Of a stretch of DNA of 64,000 nt, positions 24,347 through 37,754 are shown in pieces; the first letter of the stretch is position 1, and each line of letters starts with the position of its first letter. The stretch is from positions 18,036,024-18,100,023 of the forward strand of contig NC_085845.1 in the NCBI RefSeq assembly GCF_035594765.1. Reading direction: 5' to 3'. This stretch comes from Anolis carolinensis (lineage: Eukaryota). A model generated the notes under the pieces. It saw only the letters and a list, made by a program, of their open reading frames with translations. It ran no database searches and had not been told where the DNA came from. A program made the translations under genes and the position numbers.

Positions 24347-25539
24347 TACAAGCACTTCTAAACTAAGAGCCTGGTTTTTAGATTTTAAAAAAATCAACTC
24401 CAAAAAACTATGACAACTTTTTCATGGATCAATGTGAGTATTGTATCTTAACTCTTACCAAAAAAGGAACCATCCTTTTCTCTGAGTAGACTGGTAAAAG
24501 GCAAGGGTTTAGTCCATCCTGGAATAACCTAAAAAAGAGATTTTCCCCTCTCCTCTCTCTGCTGTGGCAGTGTGGGAAGATGATGGCAGTGACAGGACAC
24601 ATGGTCCTCTGAGATGGCATTTCCTCTCTATAGAATGACCCTTGACTTATCCATGAATCATATCAAAATCCATAATTTTGGCTCTCAAACCTTCCCTTAA
24701 CTGGGGATTTCATCACATGCAAGTGACTCCTCCCCCCTGTTTCTATACACTTCTAAACCAGTTAATAGACGAAGTACCATGGAGCCCATCATATGATGCA
24801 GACAGACTTCTGGCTGTCATCTGTGACATTTCTTCAGTGAACTGTGTCAGAAGTTTGGAGAAACGGGGAGAAACCATCTTCTGAGCTCCTGATGCGCATA
24901 GAAACGGGAGAAAGTGCTTAAAACATTTGTCATGGGATCTGCCAGACTTGCCCCTGTTGGATTGATTCAGTGACATGGAGGAATGGCATCCCTACAGGTA
25001 GTCTCCTTTCCTATGCTCCACTACTTTTAGAAAATCCTTCCCCATGAGCCTGTAGCAGTAATTTTTTTTAAAAAAGAATGTAATCCTAAGGAATAGCGCA
25101 ATTGTACGATATCACGACTTTACTTTCACTGCATTTTCTCCTTTATAATACCACAATCTAGGCTTTCAAAATTTCACAACTGCTAGCTTTTAAACTTATT
25201 TGTTCCTTTAAAAAACAAAGTATAGGAAGTTAGAGCAGTGCCCTAGGTCTCCTTTAGAGTAACAGTATTGAGAGGGAAAGTAAAGGAACCCAGAAGTAGT
25301 ATCTTGTCTTAAGAACAGTGCCTTGGGTCTCCTTGAAGCGGATAGTTGAAGCAGGAGAAGGCGATCCTGTGTGATGGGGATAATTAAATTCTCAGTCTTC
25401 TTTAAGGATGGAATTTCACATAAAGGAGATGATTTCTCCTGCTTTTCCCAGCTCCATCTGATGAAGTCCTTAGACATGAGGTTGATTTACATAAGAGATA
25501 TATGGTAGATAAACTTGGAAATTACAACCTTCTTCAAGC

Positions 25540-26145
25540 CTCTTCTAGTGATTTGTTTATCTATAATCCTGTTGCTTACTTATTGTATGTATGTATGTTC
25601 TGTTGTGCAGCTTTATTTCCTTCCTCTATGTTTTCCTGAGAAGTTGTGCGAGGGGCTACAGACCATGTGATCCGCTCTGAGATGAGCACAGAGCAGACTT
25701 ATTTAGACTTTGGGACTGCTCAGATTGCAGACTTGCAAACACTTGCCTGCTGTTTATTGTAGAGAAATGTTCTGACTAGATGGCACAGAAACTATCTGAA
25801 ACATATCTATAACTGACTGATAAGTTATGTACCTGTGTATGCTGACCACATGAAAGCCGTGAGTAAACCAAGTATGATATTTTTTACCAAAGTCTACTTT
25901 ATTTTGTTTCATGAGTGCATAATATAAGCAAGTTGTTTTATGGGAGAGTAGATATATTTTTGGACACTAAAAAACACTTCTGAAGAACTGCTATTTTTTA
26001 TGCACTGGCATATTCTCTGTTTCCTAACAGATCAGAGGCAAAAGATTATTCAGTCTAACACCTGAAGCCAATTGCCTTGCATATTTACATTTGATTGTAT
26101 ACCACTTGAGAAGATTTTACTCAAACAGGTTTTTTGGCTCTCCTT
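25540..26145. repeat. Dispersed repeat, direct copy at ~39045-39795 (possibly an old LTR)
   Basis: Shared blocks TGTACCTGTGTATGCTGA, CAAAGTCTACTT, CAAGTTGTTTT(T)ATGGGAGAGTA, TTATTCAGT. Confidence 0.7.
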
Positions 26146-26643
26146 AAAAGGGTTATGATCCCTAAAAGGCCATTCTTTTCTTAAGCATGTCTGCCAATCT
26201 TCTCATCTGTATATATTGCTGACTCTGAACACTTCACCCCTACTCTCTAGCAAATTACATGCTACAATTCTTCTGATAGACAACTGATATTAATTCTCAA
26301 AATCTACAGTTGTTAAATCATTTTCTTCTTTCTTATTAACAGGTTAGAATATATTTAAAAACACAATGATTTTTCTTTCATCTAACTAAAAACCATTTCT
26401 GCTAGGTCATTTAGTTTCAAGAACCATTCTTCTCTTGTAGAAATCTTTAAATTCTTTCAATTCTGTCCATATAATACTGTTTTAATACAGAAACAGCAAA
26501 CCCATGAGATTGTCATCTTGTTCACTGAAAAATTGTAACTTTGAAATAAAAATGAATTAGTTCATAGAAAGAAAAGGTGAAATTGGAAAATCATATACTG
26601 TATGTTGTTGTCAAGTAATGTGTGGAATTAACTAGTATTTTGT

Positions 26644-26716
26644 TCATTGTAACAGCTTATGATAGTTGCTTTTTTCCGTATCCAGAATGGCATTGCAAGC
26701 ACGTTCCGGCAGAAAC
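26644..26716 (-). CDS. HSD17B13/11-like gene A exon 7 (stop)
   Basis: TTCTTCTAG acceptor; FLPERACNAILDTEKSNYHKLLQ*; correct phase. Confidence 0.85.
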
Positions 26717-27741
26717 CTAGAAGAAATCATTTTTAAAATTATAATGTAATGAAAAGTATTTAAAATTTGTCAAGATTACATTACAAAACCCTGTAATATT
26801 CATCTTGAATTGCTTCCATACCAGGACCAATTAATATTACTGGAGAATTCCTTTCCCACAATCATTTGAAAAGTGGTATTAAAGCAATGGTTCTATGTGA
26901 CATTTGATAAAGTGCTGTATTATCTGGTCATGACTTTCACCAGAGCTGGTACTTTTATAATGTTTATTTACAAGTAGGTTCTGTTCAGCAGCTATCCCAT
27001 GTAATGTTAATTGAAAGCTTCTCTCTTTTTTGTCTCTCCCTCTTATTGTTTTTGTTCAACATGTTTAAGCATTGCCGATGAAATGTATTTAAACTGTAAT
27101 TATTCAATTCATCTTCCTTACTTTGGAGAGGAGGGTGGCACAGTTGGAGTCTAATTGCTTTTTCATCTCATTGCTTTTATTGTTTCTTTTTATAACACAA
27201 TAACATTATTTTCCCATTAAATAAACCAATGAGAAGAAACCAGTCATTCAAATATGCATTTTGAGGGAAGCAATTCCACAGTGTGTAAGGGACAGTGACA
27301 AACAATTGATAAGTAATATCTTGCTAACTTGGACAAAAAACTATTATTTCCAAAAGAGAAAGGATGTAATTAAAGTCACAATAGTGCTGAAAACCACCAA
27401 AGCTATTGTGACTTTAATTAGAACCCTTTTTTTCTTTTGCATTGTACAAAGCAACCTGGGGCAAAACATTCAATTATGCATCTAAACATCTGCATATCTA
27501 TTGATTTAATCCTAGCAGTTGGAAACAACATATTACCCGTAGTTGTTTCTGGCTCTTGATTAAGGGGATCTAGAACTTCAACCTATGCACAACTGGTAGA
27601 GACTGCAGTATTATGCATCCTTCTTTGACATGATGGGTTAGACTCCCACCATTCATGCCTAGTAATTCATTTGTATCACAAATATGAATCCTGAGCTTAT
27701 AGTCAAATAAACATAACTGATTTTCTATGGCGCATACTTAC

Positions 27742-27858
27742 TTTGAAGAAACTACAATTATCTTTGCCCAAGGTGGAGAGAAAACAATTTTCTGATTCGT
27801 AAGTATTCCTTCCATCAAATCTTTGGCTGTGTCCTCAGCCTTTAACACAGGAAGTATT
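27742..27858 (-). CDS. HSD17B13/11-like gene A exon 6
   Basis: 117 nt; ILPVLKAEDTAKDLMEGILTNQKIVFSPPWAKIIVVSS, donor GTAAGT. Confidence 0.9.
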
Positions 27859-28226
27859 CTGAAGATATATAGAGGAGAAATATATGAAATTATTATGCCT
27901 TATTCAGAAACTTCAGCTAACTATTACTATGAATGTAATGCACGGTTAGCGCACACAAATATTGCTTTGGCATTGGATATCATAGAGATTCCAGTCAATC
28001 AGTAAAGTTATAGCTAGTTATGGCTAGTACCGAAAGACAAGGGAATGTATTAACTTTACACTTTGATGGTAACATAATAAAAGATGATTCCAATCCTAGT
28101 ACAATGTAGTTGTAACAGTGTTTAGTTTTTTCTTAAGAAATGTTTCAGAAAGTACCATAATTAAAAAGTAACTACTTTGGATACTTTTGGTAAAGAGAAG
28201 CTGAAAATAACGTTTTTGTAAAAGTA

Positions 28227-28550
28227 CAATTTGACTATGCCTTGTCCAAAATGCTTGGGATCAGAAGTGCTGTGGATACTGGATTTTTTAAAAAAAATTT
28301 GGAATATTTGTATATACATAATGAAATATTTTGGAGAGGAGACCCAAATCTACATATGACATTTTGAGTTTCATATACACCTTGCATATGCACAACCTGA
28401 GGATAACTTTATGTACAATATTTTTAAATAATGATTGCATACATTGAACCATCACAAAGGAAAGGTGTCACCATCTCATCTATCCATGTAGGCAATTTTG
28501 GATTTTGGAACATTTCAGATTTTGGATTTTCAAAGAAAATACTCAGATTG
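28227..28550. mobile_element. Tigger/Zombi-like (MER46-type) DNA transposon MITE
   Basis: TA-flanked; CCAAAATGCTTGGGATCAGAAGTG...GGATTTT...ACTCAGATTG; resemblance recalled from the mammalian family. Confidence 0.6.
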
Positions 28551-28674
28551 TACGTATAATAGTGATTAATTACTCTTGGGGGATTCTTAAAACTGTAACT
28601 CCAAGAAATTTCTTCAATCAGAGAATCTCATAGTTTTTTTAAATGTGAAATTTGCCCACTCACTCCTTACTTAC

Positions 28675-28812
28675 AGTGTTTTGCTAATCTTTAAAAACCC
28701 AGTATTGATAATAGAGGGACACAGGCATGTCATCTGGATCCCATCTTTTCTCAAAAACCGTAGCTCTTCTTTCAGACCATTGTGGAACCCAACAGCAGCA
28801 AACTTGCTTGAC
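28675..28812 (-). CDS. HSD17B13/11-like gene A exon 5
   Basis: 138 nt; SSKFAAVGFHNGLKEELRFLRKDGIQMTCLCPSIINTGFLKISKT; completes YxxxK (YTSSK). Confidence 0.92.
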
Positions 28813-29728
28813 CTAAAAAAAGAAAGAAAACGATATCCATTATCAAGAGAAAAGTTACTTCAGAACCCTCTACCCAGACTAAATTTTTTCCCTTTGCACG
28901 CCTCACCCCCAATTCCCAACTCCTCCTATCTAGGCTCCTTCCACGCTTCACACTCCCCAGTCATCCTCAAGTTTTTATTCCATTCCTTAATTACTGCAGA
29001 GAGAGCAGTTTTGCTCTAGAAAGGCAGTGAAACTGAGAGGGAGACACATGCATGAACTCAGGGATCAGACCCAATAGTGCGGCAACTGGAGAATTATCAG
29101 AAAACGTAATATTTCAGCTATTGTATCCCTGGTGGTTGCTGTTGTTTGCTTTCAAGAGGTTTCTGACTTATGGCAACCCTAAGGCTGAGATTTTCTGGAA
29201 CTGACTTTGCTGTCCCCATCATGAGAAAAATGTCTTAGTAAGGTTTCCATAATCAAAAAAAGCTTGGGAACCATGAAAAATCTACAGATGACTATTTTAT
29301 GTACTTCACCAGATTACAAATCCCAGGATTCTGTAGGACTGAGCCATATAACTGTATCATGCAGGTACACTCTAACATTCAAAGAAATGAGCTTTTCTAT
29401 CTTATCTGTGGCAGTATGTCTTTGGGATCAGAAGTTACTTTGCTGACTAAATGAGCAACTGACCTACAAGATCAGGATTTAGTCTCTGAGCCTCTAGTTG
29501 CTTATCCTTATTCCATGAGCAAATCCAGGACCTATTAATGTGGTGGATCTCAATGGCAATTGGTAGCTGTCATATCAGTTAGGCAATGAATCATCTCGAG
29601 GTTTTTATCCAAATTTAATTGAGCTATCCAAGGTACTGAATCCTCGTCCTTCTGACATGGAAGTCAATAGCTGTCACATCTGAGTTTCAGCATATTCTTA
29701 ATAGAGAAAAAAATGACATGATACGTAC

Positions 29729-29835
29729 GTGTAAGTCACTGTGAATGGAATACCAATATGTCCAGAAATAGAAGCAACTGTGACAATATGGCCGTGATTA
29801 TTTTTAATCATTGCTGGTAGAAATGCTTTGGTTGT
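29729..29835 (-). CDS. HSD17B13/11-like gene A exon 4
   Basis: 107 nt; [35 protein letters not shown] (catalytic Ser and Tyr). Confidence 0.93.
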
Positions 29836-30475
29836 CTTAAATACAGATAAAAACAAAAAGAACAAAGTCAGAAGTCAGTATCTAAAATGCTTGATCAAAA
29901 ATATGCCCATTCTTATTTAGGTCATGATACAAATGTTCAGATTGCAAAAGAAAGATATGACAGTGAGTGGGGTGATCTGGAAGAAGTGTGGGCACTGGGA
30001 TGTATGCTACATCAAACTGGTTGGATACTTCAGAGTTTGGGGGGAATATTTTTTCAACATGACTACTAGAATTCCCCATCTACTGGTCTACTGATTGAAG
30101 GATTCTGGAAAGTTTAATTATTTTTAAGTTACTTTTCCAAATTCTAAGGCTACTCTACTGGTGTTTTGCTTGAGTTCACTTGAACCCAGCTACATATTAC
30201 TGGCTGTCAGCCTCCTAATCCCCATGATATCTATTTTTCATTAAGTAATCCTCAAATTTTTCACTGCAGTAATATGGAGCTGCCATTAAATAACAAGGTT
30301 ATATTTAGTACACATGTACTATGATTCCACAATGCTGGATAGAGCTGGCAGGAGTTGTTGTCAAACATCTTGAATTGAAAAAGTCTGATGCTTATCTTTG
30401 CTTAACATCTGTATTTATAAGATTGCATTTATAGTTTTTATATTCAAATTCAGACTTCAGGTATTAGTGAGTTAC

Positions 30476-30607
30476 CCAGTAATGTGCAAGAACATTGACA
30501 TCAAACATTTCTTGAATCTGCTCATCTTTTGTTGAAAGTAGTTTAGCTGTGGTTATCACTCCAGCATTATTCACCAAGATGCTAACATCTCCAATATCTT
30601 TTTTCAC
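30476..30607 (-). CDS. HSD17B13/11-like gene A exon 3
   Basis: 132 nt, AG/GT; VKKDIGDVSILVNNAGVITTAKLLSTKDEQIQEMFDVNVLAHYW (NNAG motif). Confidence 0.93.
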
Positions 30608-30795
30608 CTATGAAATGGAGAGAGAGGGCGATTACAAATTAGGGATGTTTAAAAGAAATTAAGTTATATTTGGACATCTCACAGCAAGCTGCAAAGAGGT
30701 GACAGAGCCCCTCCTGCCATCTCACCATGCTGCCTGAGGTCTGTCCCATTGACAGGCTTGGGGAAAAGCATGTATTCGTTCTATTGATGTTTTAC

Positions 30796-30903
30796 CTTGT
30801 CTGCAACTGTATAGATTTCCTCCCTGTTCTTGCAGTTCACCACCAATGCATGTGCAATAGCACCCAACTTTCTGCATTCCTCAGCTGTCTCTTCCACACC
30901 TTG
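30796..30903 (-). CDS. HSD17B13/11-like gene A exon 2
   Basis: 108 nt, AG/GT; QGVEETAEECRKLGAIAHALVVNCKNREEIYTVADK. Confidence 0.92.
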
Positions 30904-31229
30904 CTATGAAGGAAAAGGCATAGAAACCATGATGTTGGCAAGTAGATAGAAACATGCAAAGGTTTTGCACACAATCCACACTTTCCTGGTCACCGCCACT
31001 GAAATTTTAAGCAGCCACATAGTGATAGAATGTAAGTATTGGAATCTTGATGATAGCCAAGATTAGTTATAGAGTCCAGCCAGATATAATGATGACTGCT
31101 GTAGCTTAGGCAAATATCAATGAAAAGTCATTCTGTCTCCATAAGGCAATGTCTATCTCCCACTCTGTGGGAAAAACACTCAAGTCCACCCAGAAACTCT
31201 GCTTTGCTTTCTGGGTCCTTGAGTCTCAG

Positions 31230-32780
31230 ACAGTGAAACTGGAAGCCCACCTGAACACATTTTTTAAGAAACTACTGAGAATCCCACCAGGCACCCTAGC
31301 TGACTTGGTCCGGGCAGAGATTGGTCTCCCCCTCATTAGATCATGTGTTCACTTCACCCGATTTAATTATTGGAGAAGTCTAAAAGATTCTTCAGCATTC
31401 TCCCCAAGGGATGTTTTAAACAGCTAGCAAACTTCAAAGTCTGAAATACAAGATGTCAGAAGCTGCTTGAATTTCACCCCACTCTGTCTGATAAGCTCTC
31501 TATCTTGAACTCAAGGGAGAAGCACCATGAATATATTTTTAATCACAGTGATCACCAGGTTAGGCAGACTATTTATAACTACAAATTTTCCCACTGTTTC
31601 AGGCTTTACAAACTTATTATTATCTACCTTGTAGCGGAGTGATGATAATAAATGGAAGCTCTTAATGTTTGCCCACGATCCAGAGTCACGCATAGAACAA
31701 TAGCATGCCACTCAGGTTTGCAGAACAAAAATACAGGAACTTTACTGATTCCAAGAGATCAAAAAACAGTAGTATTTACAATGATCCCTCTTATCACTTA
31801 CAGAAGTCTATAGTCATAAATAGCACTTTCTCAGTCTACAAATCTGCTTCAGAGAAGAATACAGTCCTGGTTCTTCTCCCTCTTTTCTCAGCAACAAACA
31901 GGCCTCCAAAACAGCAAGACCTCTGAATACACTGCTCTCCCACCAGCAGTACTCAATCAGCACTGAAAAGTTGTCCAAATTGGTTCTGCAGGAGCAGAAC
32001 AGAAACAGTATCAAATCAATCCCCAGATCTTTGCAGGCTCAGCCAATCGGCTTCATGCACTTCATTTTCCAGTTAACACACACAGCACAGTGCCTTTACA
32101 AACCATGACATACCTGACTAGGATCACATTTCCCAAACTTAGGCAACCCTTCATGGCCCTTCATTTTCAAAGTTTGCTCACAGCGGTGATTGGTTGTAGA
32201 TACATGGGCACTCCTTTGGCTCTTCATTTATGTGTTTGTGGGCCCCCGGAAATTGAGGATTTGTCTCACTATTTGTTTTCCTGCCCTCTGTATTCTGAGC
32301 CAAGAACTAAAATCCTGGGGCCTATTCTTTATCCCCTTCAAACCTATACTGTGTCAGAAAAGATTTTCTACCTTTTGGCTGACACTAACCCTATGGCTAC
32401 TTACAAGGTGTCTCATTTTGCCCTGGCAGCACAGAAAATACGGGCAAGACTAATTCCTGATATTGCAGTTGACTATGCTGTGGATGCTTTTATTTAATAA
32501 TGACTGTTTATATCCAAGGTGTTCCCTGCTTAAGTTTTAATAATGCTATATATACTTGGTTTTTCCTGGTTTATAAATATGCAGGTACTAGTCCATGTAG
32601 TATCTTACGTAGTAATTTAAGGACATATCTCACCATTGATTTATGAAGCATTTTAATAATTTATATAGGATTTTAATGGTGTATTTTCTATTGTATTTAA
32701 TAATTTCATGTATTTATTTGTTTGCCTTATATGTGATAGACCTTTGGTCTAAGCATGGAATAAAACTTGATGATGATGAC
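31230..32780 (+). mobile_element. Degenerate LINE 3' portion (RTE-X-like, CCHC C-terminus); related minus-strand fragment at ~57050-57300
   Basis: LVRAEIGL and CVCG...EDLSHYLFSCPLY motifs; AATAAA plus (TGA)n tail at ~32758-32780. Confidence 0.65.
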
Positions 32781-33917
32781 TTATTGAGTTTATATCCCGC
32801 CATTCTATGAACGTGAGATCCAAGATAGCTTATCTATCCTGCAGTGATATTTAAGTTACACTGAGAAGGATTTTGGCAAATACATAAAGATTTTCAGAAG
32901 CAAAAGAAAGTAGAAAATAGAAGATTCTGGGAGAAGGCAATGGCAGAAAAGAATGAAGCCAGGTTTTGGAGAGTTATTAGCAGCTGAAAATATAGAAGAT
33001 TTAAACTGCTCGGGTGTCTTTAATCTTTCTCAGAGATTGGGTGTTACACATTTCCAAGATTTTGGCAAATCTTCAAACAAATTTCTCTTTCTGATCATAT
33101 TCCAAAAGGCTTTATCTGAATAGCAATGAGCAATTGCAATTGATGGGCTGAATGACATTTGCCAAAGGCGAAACAGTGAGCTGTTAGCCTGATACTTTTA
33201 ATGTGAATTTGACTCCTAGGTCCTTTAAATTTCCAAACTTATTAATGAATTAGAATCCTTATTTTCAGATTGGTGATTTTTTTTAAAGTCAGTTGTTAAA
33301 ATCCTAGGAACTTTAGACTAATTTGCTTTCAGAATGCAGCCTCTAAACTGTACTTTGAACATATATTGCATAAATCAAGAGGCTGCAGGGAAGAGATTAT
33401 TCATACCAATGAAACAGATTTTTGTAGAGTTCAAAGTACAGCAGACTATTTAGTCTTTATCATTTGATTAAAATACACACAGACACAGAAATACACACAG
33501 GGATTTACTGAATGTTAAAATAAACATAGACACAAACACTCGGATCGTTAAATATTTGTTTGTGTTTTTATAGACTTGATTTCAGCCTTGGATTCAGTAA
33601 ACAGAGCCCACCTTTGGATGAAGATAATCTAACACTGATAAAAGATTGCTATATTTTAACAATGCCAATTGGGTGGGATTTAATGGACAACTCACAGAAC
33701 ATGATGGAGTCTCTCAAGAAATGCAATGAGATTTTGTCTTTTTTATTTAACTATTGTGTGTGTATGCTTTAATGCAAGAAATGATATTCCTTTCTTTCTT
33801 CTTCTCACCCTGGAATCAAGTAATGTTCTGATACATGTAGATGATTTTGTTCTACTATTCCTTATCCAGATCGGCTGAATACATATATAACACATTTATA
33901 TTCAAGTTTTCACACTA

Positions 33918-34080
33918 AGGTAAAGGTAAAGGTAAAAGGTTTCCCCTGACATTAAGTCTAGTCGTATCCGACTCTCGGGGTTGGTGCTCATCTCCATTTC
34001 TAAGTCAAAGAGCCAGCATTGTCCATAGACACCTCCTTAGTCATGTGGCCGGTATGACTGCATGGAGCGAGCGCCGTTAT
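33918..34080 (-). mobile_element. Sauria-type SINE, 3' part
   Basis: (AAGGTA)n tail and body homologous to the other copies. Confidence 0.8.
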
Positions 34081-34542
34081 TTCACACTAATAAGTGCATT
34101 AATATCACTAGTCAAAAACCAAGATACAGTCAGCTCTCCAAGTCAATGGATTTTGCATTCATGGATTCAACTATCCATGGCTTGAAAATATTATGTTTTT
34201 ATTTCAAAAAGAAGATTTAGATTTGGGATTTTGCCATTGGTATCCATGGGAGGGTCCTGGAATCAAACCCCAGCAGATACCAAGGACTCACTATAGTGGT
34301 CTTTGGGAAAGGTTCAGGAAGGCACATGTGGACTGCGGATTGTTATACAATACTGCGATGCAGCTCCTTTCAATATTGGGATATACATCTGAACAATAAA
34401 ACAGATACTATTCAGAATCTTGTTGAACAGTTATTAATAGAGTTTATTCAATGAGAAGACCACAGGTCTTTCACATATAGGACAAACCAATAAATACATA
34501 AAAACCAGATTATTAAATACAATACGAAAAACAGCATTAAAA

Positions 34543-34768
34543 TCTATATATATAAAAGAGTGATGGAATCCTGGCACCAAGCAAAACAACAAAACTAAAC
34601 ACCCCTCAACCTCGAAATTTCACAACACAGTCCATCATCCACGCCTCGAGGTTGAAACCACAAAATATCACGTCACAAACCTCCACAGGGCCTAAAAAAA
34701 ACCCCAAAACTGGAGCTATTCAGTACAATTCCAATGGGCCACAGCAACGTGTGGCAGGGCACAGCTAG
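34543..34768 (+). mobile_element. Non-autonomous Helitron
   Basis: A|TCTATATATATAAAA...GCAACGTGTGGCAGGGCACAGCTAG|T. Confidence 0.78.
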
Positions 34769-36108
34769 TACTATATAAATCATTAAAATGCTACATAAAT
34801 TGAAGGCGAGAATCACCCTTAAATACTACATAAGATACTACATGAGCTAGAGCAGTTATTTATTGTCTATAGGCTAATGATGCTGCATTTATACTTTTGG
34901 AAGAAGTTCAAGATGAGCTCAGTGGTTTAATCCGCTGCACCACCAGGGGCTCCTTGTATCTATAACTAAGCTATATAAACAAGCACATGCAATTCTGTAG
35001 CCTCTTTTGATAGTACATAAATGGCCAACCTTCCAGATAGTATGGGAAAAGCAACAAAATTCCTATTCATGAAAGAAATTGTATCACAAAATTGCCACTG
35101 TAACAAGATTTATTCAGCCAGTGGTGCTTTGGGGTGCTTTTTAATCTGAATTTCTCACCTCCTTCCCATCTCTTTTGATATTATACCCATTCCTTCAATT
35201 ACTTCAAAGTAGGGATGTGACAAAAATGGTACCGTTCATAAAACACAGGGGATATGTGATTTTCAATACTTTAGTCAAATATTTATTGAGTTATGGAATT
35301 GCTGGCTGATTTGAGGACTCTTCATTTACAAAAGGAGACAAGATTGACAACTCAGTGAGAAATGTTCATGGCATTCTTATTGCTTTAAGTCAGTGTTTCT
35401 CAAACTGTGCTCCTCCAGGTGTTTTGGACTTCAGCTCCCAGAAATCTCAGCCAGTTTATCAGCTGTTAGGAACTGTGGGATATGAAATCTGGAGGAGCAC
35501 AGTTTGAGAACCACTGCCTAAGTAATATAAATAACAGTGCCCCAGCCATTCGTTTTAATTGCATGAATCAGTACAAGACAATTTTAAATACTCCACTGGG
35601 TTGCAGGAGGGAAGGGAAATCCATTTAAAAAGGGGCACCCTTTCTTGTTAAACACTACAAACTGGGTTTTATGATTCACAGTGCTAACTGCAAAAAGAAT
35701 TGAGGAAATAAAGGCAGCTGAATGTGTTTTGCCCTTGTTCATTGGGAATTTTCAGCAATGGTTAGGTTTCTTTTGACAGGTGGCCCAGTTTAAATATCTT
35801 GCTCTCCACAGCACCAGGAAACAAGGGGAGAAATGTACACCATTAATTCAAAATGTAGAAATCAACAACTTGAAAGGAGGACACCTTTTCTAATTTAAAG
35901 GGACAATATTGTTTATCTTTTTCACAAGGAACATTATCCCCATTAAGAAATCACACCCTTTTATACATGCAAAATGATAGCTATTTCCAACATACAGAAT
36001 CCGTGCTTGCAAGAAATACTTTCCTGAATCCCCAGTGGACTACGGACAGGCATCACTGCAGATCTCTTGCCCACAACATTTAGAAGGTAAACAGTAAAAA
36101 TTACTAAC

Positions 36109-36354
36109 CTTATTGATATCCCAAAGGACCAGCACACTTTGGCGTTTGGCAAACTCATAAGCTGTTGCTCTGCCGAGTCCATGTCCAGCACCAGTGATGA
36201 GAACAATTTCTCCATAGACAGACTTCCTGTTCTTTGGAATAAAAAGTTTTACCAGAGCCTCCAAACATGAATACATACAGATGATGGCATTTTTGAGGAG
36301 TGTCAATAGGACAGGTAATACTGTTCCTTCCTGAGGTATTCTACACTGAAACAT
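36109..36354 (-). CDS. HSD17B13/HSD17B11-like SDR, gene A exon 1 (start codon uncertain)
   Basis: [52 protein letters not shown] with TGxxxGxG motif, donor GTTAGT; nearest upstream in-frame ATG at 36354. Confidence 0.85.
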
Positions 36355-37754
36355 TCTGTACTGCGAGGGTCTGTTATATGTCCTGGCAGCAGAAGCTCTT
36401 GGCTTGTCAGAGGGACCCAAATGCCGCTTATAACCTTCTGTGTGAAAACAATAGTACACAATAAAATAATAGTCAAATGAGATGCTGCTGCCCACATGGG
36501 ATGGGTGGTACTGTTGCTTTCAGTGTGAGAAAATTTTATAAGATAAAAGTATGTTGCAATAATTATGCAATATTATGAAAATGTACATGAGTCATACAAA
36601 CATCAATGAAATATAAAGTTGCAGCACATCCTCAGCATTAGCTAGAGAATAGGTTTTCCACATAAACGAACAGCCACACCATTTGTAAATGTGCTTCCCA
36701 AACAGGGCTACTAACACCTGCTAATTCTTGAGAATTAATGTCACTTATATATAGGTAGGCCTCACAACTTCATTAATAGGAAGCTCCCTAGCAACGCCTT
36801 GGGTGCATTGACAATGTAGAATTTATGCAATTTGCCATAATGGCTCAATGTTATGGAATTTTTCAGTTGTATTTTGGCGAGGCATGGGTACTCATGGAGG
36901 GAAAGGTCTAAAGACTTATAGGATTCCATTGCATTGAGCAATGCCAGTTAAAGTAATGTCAGACTGCATTAATTCTACATTGTATATGCACCCCTTGAGC
37001 AAGACTTCTTCTGGGCCAGCTTTGAAGTCCTCTAGGTGTTGTTGGTCTGTAACTTTTGGCATGTCTCACAATTGACTATGTTGCCTTGGAATACTATAAC
37101 TTGTAATTCAACAATATTTTGGAGGGGCACATATTTCTCATTGCTAGTTTAGTAAAAGAGAAATGGCAAAAGGAAAAAAAGGATTACAATCTAAGAAGGA
37201 ATTTAACAGGAGTACTGGTTCACAAAATTTGAGAATTAACCAAGAATGAAACAAACACTTTGTATTCTTCTAGTCCAGAATCAAAAGCAAATAACCAGCC
37301 ACTCATGAGTCTTTCTAAAACTGGTGTAAAGTGAACTGATCTGGTGGCATCATTTGCAGTTCCCAGTTAGATTGCATATAGACTGATTGGTTTAATTATT
37401 TCAAAAACAGAGGTGGAGAAACTGTGATGTGTAGGCACATGTGGTCTCAGCTGTTTTTTGCAAACCTCAAGCTTCCTGATTCTGATGATTTCCCCCAAAG
37501 CCTATTAACCTTCACCAAGTAAATCTTTTGGGGTGAAAAATTAAACTTACCGAATGGTAAACTGCCCTCTTGGGATAATGGTTTGCCCTTGAAACCCCTG
37601 TCATCCAAGTCTGGCTGAAGTCATCCAACTGGAATATTGCTCTCACCTTCTCTTTCTCCCTATATCCCACCTTTTTAGCAGAATCAGGATGGCTCACCAA
37701 TGGGTATATTCCAGCTCCAAAACGTAACCATATCCAGCTGTGAAAAATATATAT

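Noticed and set aside
32090-32497. 135-aa ORF with a Cys/His motif as a host zinc-finger gene
   Set aside because: C-terminal CCHC region of a degenerate LINE, followed by its AATAAA and microsatellite tail.
36355-36495. Long N-terminal extension of gene A suggested by the 151-aa ORF
   Set aside because: Begins at a non-ATG codon and has no family similarity; most likely promoter/5'UTR that happens to be open.
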